Assembly (NCBI RefSeq): GCF_000020385.1
Contig: NC_010814.1
Coordinates: 2,010,001 to 2,042,000 of the forward strand
DNA length: 32,000 nucleotides
Direction of reading: 5' to 3'
Source: Trichlorobacter lovleyi SZ
GTDB taxonomy: Bacteria > Desulfobacterota > Desulfuromonadia > Geobacterales > Pseudopelobacteraceae
Positions within the stretch are counted from its first letter, which is position 1; each line of letters starts with the position of its first letter. The notes under the pieces are model-generated. The model was not told the origin of the DNA, did no database searches, and saw only the letters and a program-made list of their open reading frames with translations. Below are positions 9,310 to 16,597 of this stretch, piece by piece. Made by a program: the position numbers and the translations under genes.

Positions 9310-10255
9310 TGATCTGAACAAGATTACGATCATCAGCAAAAAACCGCAGGGGGTGATTATCGCTACCGGTCCGACCGGCAGCGGCAAAACCACCATGCTC
9401 TACTCGCTGCTGGCCGCCATGATGAATCCCAGCAAGAACTTTGAGACCATTGAAGAACCGGTGGAGTATTATCTGGAAGAGGCAAATCAGGTCTCGATCC
9501 ATGAGAAAATCGGGCTTTCCTTTGCCCAGGTCTTGCGGGCCACCCTGCGACAGGATCCGGATGTGATCCTGGTAGGGGAGATGCGCGATTTCGACACCGC
9601 CGATACTGCCTTCAAGGCTGCCTTAACGGGCCATATGGTACTCTCAACCCTGCACACCAACAGTGCCATTGCCTCCATCACCCGTCTGATTGATATGGGG
9701 ATCAAGCCCTATATTCTGGCCTCTGCCCTGGAGGGGATCATTGCCCAGCGTCTGGTGCGGCGGATCTGTGAAAACTGCCGGGAAGAAACCGTTCCTGATC
9801 CGGAACAGTCAGCGCTGTTGCGGGTCCCGGAAGACTTTTTTAATGGCACAACCTTCCGCGGGGCAGGTTGCGTCCGCTGCAACAACACCGGCTACAAAGG
9901 CCGCCTGGGAATCTATGAGATCTTTCTGATGAGTGATGAGTATCGTCAGTTGATCGGTACCAGTTACAAGGAGTCGGAGATCCAGACCATCGCCCGTGTC
10001 AACGGTATGCGCAGCCTGCTTGAGGATGGCCTGGAAAAGGTCCGTCAGGGGCTGACTACCATGGAAGAAATCCTGCGGGTGGTTGGGCCGGCTGTGCGGA
10101 TGGAACGGCAGTGCGACCACTGCGGCAAGCTGATGGAATCGCGGCACCTCTTCTGTCCCCACTGCGGTGCCTTCCGGCAGAATTGCTGCAAATCATGTCA
10201 CCAGTCTCTAGAGGATGAATGGTTGGTTTGTCCTGTTTGCGGTACGGCACGTTGA
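9302..10255 (+). CDS. PilB/GspE/PulE-family secretion ATPase, C-terminal ATPase domain only, plus a C-terminal double zinc ribbon. It has no credible start of its own (frame open from 9275), so it is either a pseudogene fragment or fused to the upstream kinase by a +1 shift
   Basis: Walker A GPTGSGKTT, Asp box ETIEEPVEY, Walker B DPDVILVGEMRD, His box TGHMVLSTLHTN, tetracysteine CENC...CVRC. About 300 aa of N-terminal domains expected for this family are absent. The TTG at 9302 is only the ORF-tool start and lacks a properly spaced SD. Confidence 0.7.
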   Translation: MPDDLNKITIISKKPQGVIIATGPTGSGKTTMLYSLLAAMMNPSKNFETIEEPVEYYLEEANQVSIHEKIGLSFAQVLRATLRQDPDVILVGEMRDFDTADTAFKAALTGHMVLSTLHTNSAIASITRLIDMGIKPYILASALEGIIAQRLVRRICENCREETVPDPEQSALLRVPEDFFNGTTFRGAGCVRCNNTGYKGRLGIYEIFLMSDEYRQLIGTSYKESEIQTIARVNGMRSLLEDGLEKVRQGLTTMEEILRVVGPAVRMERQCDHCGKLMESRHLFCPHCGAFRQNCCKSCHQSLEDEWLVCPVCGTAR

Positions 10256-10274
10256 ATATGAAAAAGGAGTTTCC

Positions 10275-10832
10275 ATGAGCAATCCGATCCTGCTGGTTGA
10301 TGATGAAGCCAATGTCTTATCGGCACTGACCCGCGCCCTTTTTGATGAACCGTATCAGGTAACCTGTGCCAAAAGTGGTGAAGAAGCCCTGGCATTGATT
10401 GCCACTACGCCGTTTAAAGTGGTGATCTCCGACGAACGCATGATCGGCATGCAGGGCAGCGAACTGTTGGCAATCCTGAAGGAACGCTATCCGCATACGC
10501 TTAGAATACTGCTGACCGGACATGCCACCCTTGAGGCAGCCCTGAAAGCGGTTAACCAAGGTGAGATCTATCGCTTTTTTACCAAGCCCTGGAATGATAC
10601 CGATCTGAAGTTTGCCATCCGGTCAGCCATTGAACGTTATGACCTTGAGGCAGAAAACCGGCGTTTGCTGGCAACTGTAAAAAATCAGGCCATGGAGATC
10701 AAGGTGCTTGAAAAACGCTACCCCGGTATCAGCCGGGTTGAGAAAGATAACCTGGGCAGTTTTGTGCTGCCGGATCTTTCTGAAGCGGAAATCAGGATGA
10801 TGATGGCAGAGTGTGAAAAGGAAGTCGGTTGA
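10275..10832 (+). CDS. response regulator: receiver domain plus a short C-terminal coiled-coil-like tail with no recognised output domain
   Basis: AAGGAG lies 7 nt upstream of ATG 10275. ILLVDDE...VVISDERMIGMQG...LLTGH...FFTKPW receiver motifs. Confidence 0.85.
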   Translation: MSNPILLVDDEANVLSALTRALFDEPYQVTCAKSGEEALALIATTPFKVVISDERMIGMQGSELLAILKERYPHTLRILLTGHATLEAALKAVNQGEIYRFFTKPWNDTDLKFAIRSAIERYDLEAENRRLLATVKNQAMEIKVLEKRYPGISRVEKDNLGSFVLPDLSEAEIRMMMAECEKEVG

Positions 10833-10845
10833 AGATAAAAAAGTC

Positions 10846-10874
10846 TTGACCTGGACTCCCGATTGATTTATATA
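10846..10874 (+). promoter_or_regulatory. near-consensus sigma70 promoter for the tRNA-Ala/tRNA-His pair
   Basis: TTGACC (10846-10851), 17-nt spacer, TATATA (10869-10874), about 60 nt upstream of tRNA-Ala. Confidence 0.6.
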
Positions 10875-10935
10875 GCTAAGACTTTTCGCGATACGAAAAC
10901 GCCGCGTGAAAAGCACCCTGTTTGATTGGTTGTGT

Positions 10936-11011
10936 GGGGCTGTAGCTCAGCTGGGAGAGCGCTTGACTGGCAGTCAAGAGGTCGACAGTTCGATCCTGTT
11001 CAGCTCCACCA
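10936..11011 (+). tRNA. tRNA-Ala (anticodon GGC)
   Basis: Hand-folded cloverleaf. Acceptor ggggctg/cagctcc with the G3:U70 Ala identity pair, anticodon loop ctGGCag, T-arm gacagTTCGATCctgtt, encoded CCA. Confidence 0.9.
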
Positions 11012-11018
11012 TAATTGT

Positions 11019-11042
11019 AAAAGCCGGCTCTTGCCGGCTTTT
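11019..11042 (+). terminator. terminator-like hairpin in the 44-nt spacer between the two tRNAs
   Basis: aaagccggc-tctt-gccggcttt perfect stem followed by TTTT. Confidence 0.5.
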
Positions 11043-11055
11043 GACATAGGGCTGT

Positions 11056-11132
11056 GGTGGCCATGGTGAAGCGGTTAACACTTACGACTGTGACTCGTAC
11101 ATACGAGGGTTCGATCCCCTCTGGCCACCCCA
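11056..11132 (+). tRNA. tRNA-His (anticodon GTG)
   Basis: Encoded extra G at position -1 (g-gtggcca...tggccac-c-cca), anticodon loop ctGTGac, T-arm gagggTTCGATCccctc. Overall similarity to the canonical bacterial tRNA-His layout. Confidence 0.9.
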
Positions 11133-11507
11133 AAAAACATAACCTGCTGTAAACCTGCAGGTTGCTATACCTAATGAGGTTTTTCCGATTTGTTGCCATG
11201 TCTGGTACGAACGGTGGAACCTCATTTTGCATTTTTGGACTCTGACTATTCAGCTCAACCTTCCCTTTGACCATCAACAATATCCCCTTCTGATACCTGC
11301 GGAACCTCAACCGGCACTGCAAACGACGTGAGCTGCCTTTGTATATCGTTTGTAGATAGACCTTTAGATTGTAAATAAATTACATGTAGTTATGGTGTAT
11401 CTGTACGTTTTTAAATCCTTATTTGTTAAATTGTTATATTTTGTTCGGATGCTGAAATTCAAATTATTTGCTTGATTGACGCATAATTTGTGCGGTAATT
11501 TGTCTGC

Positions 11508-11804
11508 ATGAAAATCATATGTTCATGTTACGGCTATCGCGAGAATGAAATTTTTCAGGAAATCCTTGATACGGGGATCTCAAGCATTTTAATCAATATT
11601 GAGACGGCCTACAATCTGGGGTTATGTAGCTGCAAAACAAAAAATCCAAGTAAACACTGCTGTTTGCCAGAAGTTCGTCTGGTCGCTGAAAATGCGATGA
11701 TTGAGCGCCTGGAAATAATCAAAACAGCGATACTTACCCTGGAGCTGCATGGCGTTAATATTGAGAGGCTAAGTCAAAAGGCTAAAGAATTATTTGATTT
11801 TTGA
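11508..11804 (+). CDS. hypothetical small Cys-rich protein, possibly BFD-like [2Fe-2S]-binding
   Basis: 98 aa. IICSCYGYRENEI...GLCSCKTKNPSKHCC resembles the CxC...CxxC layout of Bfd-type domains. GC is 38-42% in the two lines I counted, and there is no obvious SD. Confidence 0.4.
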   Translation: MKIICSCYGYRENEIFQEILDTGISSILINIETAYNLGLCSCKTKNPSKHCCLPEVRLVAENAMIERLEIIKTAILTLELHGVNIERLSQKAKELFDF

Positions 11805-12129
11805 CAAGGCGGCGTTCATTCCCTGTATCTTTTGCAATACTGCTGTTGTTTTTTCTGCGCATACCCACACCCTCCCGTTTTTCAAACGGTAAAAGTTTTA
11901 ATACCCTCATCCCTCCTGCAACAATGTTTCTTGAGTAATCGTGTTCCCAGTAGTGGGTACTGGACATTTTATGCAATGTCATCGATTGGTTGCCAGCGTT
12001 GTTCCCTGTATCTCTATTGTTGGTCTGTTGCGTTGTTTATTGTTTTTGTATGGAATTGCGTGGTATACTTCCATTGTAGGAAAGATAAAGAGTCCGAAGA
12101 AGGTTGTAGGGCCTGGGAAGGAGAGGGCA

Positions 12130-12609
12130 ATGAAACTCAACGAATGTGCCATAAAGATGGAAAGAGAAACGCAGTCACATTATGAACGATTATCCAATAT
12201 GGTGAGTAATGATGAATTAAAACGACTGTTTTCGCTGATTGCCTCAGTAAAGCTGGAGCATATTAATCGTCTGACTGCGCTGGAAGAGAAGTCGGATGAA
12301 ACAGGGAAGGTAGATGTGGATGAGTCCTTGTGTTCCTACAGTCCGTATATTGGTCCGTGGCGTCTGGCAGAGGCATTGAAAGATGATGCTGATGGCTATC
12401 GCCATCTGGAGCAGGAAGAAAAATCAATGATTGAGTTCTTTGAGGAGCTGGGGAGCCGGACAGAGGATGATGAGGTGAAGAAAATCTGCCGGATTCAGGC
12501 TGATAAAGAACGGGAGCATCTCGAAACGCTTGAAAGAATTTACTCCTTTGTGGAAGAACCCAGAACGTATCTGGAGTGGGGTGAATTCAGTAACCTTAAA
12601 AGTCTTTAA
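12130..12609 (+). CDS. ferritin-like / rubrerythrin-family four-helix-bundle protein
   Basis: AAGGAGAG lies upstream of ATG 12130. 159 aa. AIKMERETQSHYERL...LEQEEKSMIEFF...ADKEREHLETLE resembles the short rubrerythrin/ferritin-like family (E, ExxH, E, ExxH helices). Confidence 0.65.
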   Translation: MKLNECAIKMERETQSHYERLSNMVSNDELKRLFSLIASVKLEHINRLTALEEKSDETGKVDVDESLCSYSPYIGPWRLAEALKDDADGYRHLEQEEKSMIEFFEELGSRTEDDEVKKICRIQADKEREHLETLERIYSFVEEPRTYLEWGEFSNLKSL

Positions 12610-12633
12610 GTGTTTGAAAAGAGGTGTATTATC

Positions 12634-12828
12634 ATGATAAGCAAACATTATGAACAGGTCTGTTACAGGACTGAACAACGGGAGGAAAGCCTTCCGCTGC
12701 GACATATGCGGGATGGACGTTTGGGTTATACCTTGGGATGTACTCCAGAAGGCGAGACCGTTCAGGTTAGGCTTGTAAATGGCGAGCTGGACAGTTGGTC
12801 TCGTGATGAGTGCATGGAAAGTTTCTAG
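12634..12828 (+). CDS. hypothetical small protein (64 aa)
   Basis: AGAGGTG lies about 8 nt upstream of ATG 12634. It follows the ferritin-like gene by 24 nt and is followed by a terminator. I recognise no family. Confidence 0.45.
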   Translation: MISKHYEQVCYRTEQREESLPLRHMRDGRLGYTLGCTPEGETVQVRLVNGELDSWSRDECMESF

Positions 12829-12863
12829 AAGTACAGACAATAGATCGGAGCATGAGCTTACTG

Positions 12864-12899
12864 GGGGTCGGCAAACAATTGTCCGGCCCCTTTTTTTTC
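12864..12899 (+). terminator. rho-independent terminator closing the low-GC gene trio
   Basis: ggggtcgg ... ccggcccc imperfect stem followed by an 8-nt T run (12891-12898). Confidence 0.55.
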
Positions 12900-13076
12900 T
12901 TGCGCAGGCAGGCTCGAGCACGATGCTGCCACTTGAACCGGTATGGACGCCCGGGGAGTTTACGGTGAGCTTTTTTGATTGATACCCGGCATTCTGTTTG
13001 ACGGCCTTAAAGTAGGGCAGGTAAAAATTAGTTGTCGCCAGGCCGGTTTTCTAAACAGATTTTCAGTTGCCGTTGC

Positions 13077-13104
13077 TTGACAGTTTGATGACTTGTTGTA
13101 TCCT
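13077..13104 (+). promoter_or_regulatory. candidate sigma70 promoter for the REC-GAF-PAS-GGDEF gene
   Basis: TTGACA (13077-13082), 16-nt spacer, TATCCT (13099-13104), about 40 nt upstream of ATG 13146. Confidence 0.4.
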
Positions 13105-13145
13105 GATTCAGTTAGAGGTAGTGCTGATAACCGTCAGGAGACGCA

Positions 13146-14996
13146 ATGGCAGTTCATCCGATAACCGGCGATAGTTCTTCGCTGGTTGAATTACGCGAAA
13201 TTTCAATCCTCTTTGCTGAAGACGACACCAGTGTCCGCACCCATATTTCGCGGATGCTGACGCCGGTCTGCGGTGAACTGTACACGGCAGAAAATGGTCG
13301 TGTTGCCCTTGATCTGTTCAGGAAGAAAATGCCGGACCTGGTCCTGACCGATATTACCATGCCGGCCATGACCGGTCTTGATCTGGCTCGCCAGATCAAG
13401 CTGGAACGTCCGGCAGTACCGGTTATCATCATTTCATCCCACGACGATTCTGAGCACCTGCTGCAGGCTATTAATCTTCACCTTGACGGTTACCTGACAA
13501 AACCTCTCAACGTTCAGAAGCTGTTTGCCAATCTTCAGCAGCAGGCAATGTTGCTACGTGCCCGTCGGCTTGCCAGCCAGCAGTCCAGGCTTTTGTCCGG
13601 TGTCAATATGGCCATTCAATACCTCTTGTCCGCTGATGCCAATCAGGATGCGGTCGATTTTGCACTGCAGGAAATGGCCAAGGCCGCCCGGGCCGACAAA
13701 ATTTTCCTTTATCACTATCAGAATGCAGTGCTGGGTGACCGTGAAGTTTCCTTGATCAGTGGTTTCGCCGGAGGGGAGATGGTTCTGCGCTTTCTTGATG
13801 GTGCCGAGCCGGATATGCCTGAGCTGCCGTACCTTGAGCGTTGGTACGGCCTTCTTTCACAAGGTAAATCAATTTCTGGCCCCCGTTCAGCTTTCCCGTC
13901 GGAAGAGCGCCATATACTGGATACCATGCGGGTACGCTCGATGCTGCTGACTCCTATTTTTGAGGAGGGTAATCTGTGGGGTTTTGCCTGCCTCTGTGAT
14001 ATGAAACGGGAACGCCCCTGGTCAGACGCCGAGACTTCAGTGGTGATGACTGCGGCACGGGGACTGGGCAGTTTCATGGGGCGTCTCAAGCTGGAAGAGG
14101 AACGTCTTGAGGCACGCAAATCACTTGAACTTGCCAATACGCAATGGCGTGAAACCTTTGATACAATCCCTGATATGGTCATGGTCTTGGATACCTCACA
14201 CCAGATTGTACATATCAACAAGGCCGCAAGAGAACGCCTGAACATCGGTGAATCCGGCCCCCAAAGCCTGATCGGCCCCTGCTTTCAGCATGTACATGGA
14301 GCAAGCCACCCCCTGCAGGGCTGTCCCCACAGTGCCCTGCTGAAAGACCATCAACCCCATGAGACAGAGGTTCATATTCCACATATGAACAGCTACTTTC
14401 ATATTACGGTCAATCCAACCTTTGATGGGGATGGCAATCTGGTCGGTGCTGTCCATGTGGCTCGTGATGTTACCAAACGGCGTGAAATGGAAGACCGGTT
14501 GCGGTACCTCAGTACCCATGACGAAATGACCAAGCTGTATAACCGCGCTTTTTTTGAAGCCGAAATTGAGCAGCTTGAAAAGGGTCGCGTGGCTCCGTTA
14601 TCGGTGGTCATTGCTGATCTTGACGGACTGAAAGAAGCGAACGACCGTTTTGGCCATGATGTCGGTGATGGCTTGATCAGGGCTGCTGCAGATCTTCTGC
14701 GGGAGATTTTTCGGGCTGGTGATGCCATTGCCAGGATAGGTGGAGATGAGTTTGCCGTGATCCTGAAAGGGGTGGGGGAAGAACTGCTTGCCACCATTAT
14801 GGAACGGGCGCGCCAGATGCTTGAGGAAGGCGGTCATCAGTCTGAACATGGTCTGAAGGTCCGCTTCTCTCTGGGTAGTGCCACAACCGGCTTTCCTGCT
14901 CGTCTTCAGGATGCGATCAGAGAGGCGGATATGGCCATGTATGAAGATAAGAAGGCTCGTAAGCTGAAAGAAAACGAACTCTCAGAATTCGCCTGA
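13146..14996 (+). CDS. response-regulator diguanylate cyclase (REC-GAF-PAS-GGDEF)
   Basis: 616 aa. REC (ILFAEDD...LVLTDITMPAMTG...YLTKP), a GAF-like middle region, a PAS domain, and GGDEF (RIGGDEFAVIL) with an RxxD I-site (RAGD). Confidence 0.85.
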   Translation: MAVHPITGDSSSLVELREISILFAEDDTSVRTHISRMLTPVCGELYTAENGRVALDLFRKKMPDLVLTDITMPAMTGLDLARQIKLERPAVPVIIISSHDDSEHLLQAINLHLDGYLTKPLNVQKLFANLQQQAMLLRARRLASQQSRLLSGVNMAIQYLLSADANQDAVDFALQEMAKAARADKIFLYHYQNAVLGDREVSLISGFAGGEMVLRFLDGAEPDMPELPYLERWYGLLSQGKSISGPRSAFPSEERHILDTMRVRSMLLTPIFEEGNLWGFACLCDMKRERPWSDAETSVVMTAARGLGSFMGRLKLEEERLEARKSLELANTQWRETFDTIPDMVMVLDTSHQIVHINKAARERLNIGESGPQSLIGPCFQHVHGASHPLQGCPHSALLKDHQPHETEVHIPHMNSYFHITVNPTFDGDGNLVGAVHVARDVTKRREMEDRLRYLSTHDEMTKLYNRAFFEAEIEQLEKGRVAPLSVVIADLDGLKEANDRFGHDVGDGLIRAAADLLREIFRAGDAIARIGGDEFAVILKGVGEELLATIMERARQMLEEGGHQSEHGLKVRFSLGSATTGFPARLQDAIREADMAMYEDKKARKLKENELSEFA

Positions 14997-15090
14997 ACCA
15001 GGCTTTTTTCTATTCCCATGTTTGCTGCCTTTCGATAAAAATAGCGTAGACGTTCTTGACTTCACTGCCGTGCTGTACTAACGTCTGTAA

Positions 15091-16584
<1,494 letters not shown>

Positions 16585-16597
16585 GGATAGTTATTTT

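Noticed and set aside
9295-9312. prfB-style programmed +1 frameshift at the kinase/ATPase junction, with SD-like AGGGG upstream of a UGA UGA stop
   Set aside because: The codon before the stop is GCC, and re-pairing of tRNA-Ala on CCU is poor. UUU to UUG re-pairing is also weak, and the SD spacing differs from the prfB paradigm. A homopolymer indel or a deletion scar is the more economical explanation. I kept it only as a remote possibility inside the main finding.
10876-11322. 148-aa minus-strand ORF spanning both tRNAs, considered as a possible integrase remnant
   Set aside because: It overlaps the tRNA-Ala and tRNA-His genes antisense. It has no tyrosine-recombinase motifs (no R..H..R..Y block) and no SD. 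It is an ORF-finder artefact.
11832-12129. ORFs 11832-12185 and the 11941 extension of the ferritin-like gene
   Set aside because: Their translations are Cys/Phe/Val-rich and of low plausibility, and neither has an SD. A strong SD plus ATG at 12130 matches the start of the ferritin-like family. The region is better explained as an untranslated spacer.
11056-13145. Genomic island bounded by a direct repeat of the tRNA-His 3' end
   Set aside because: I scanned 11133-13145 by eye for ctctggccacccc-like sequence and found none, and there is no integrase gene. The islet is therefore reported on composition only, not as a defined integrative element.
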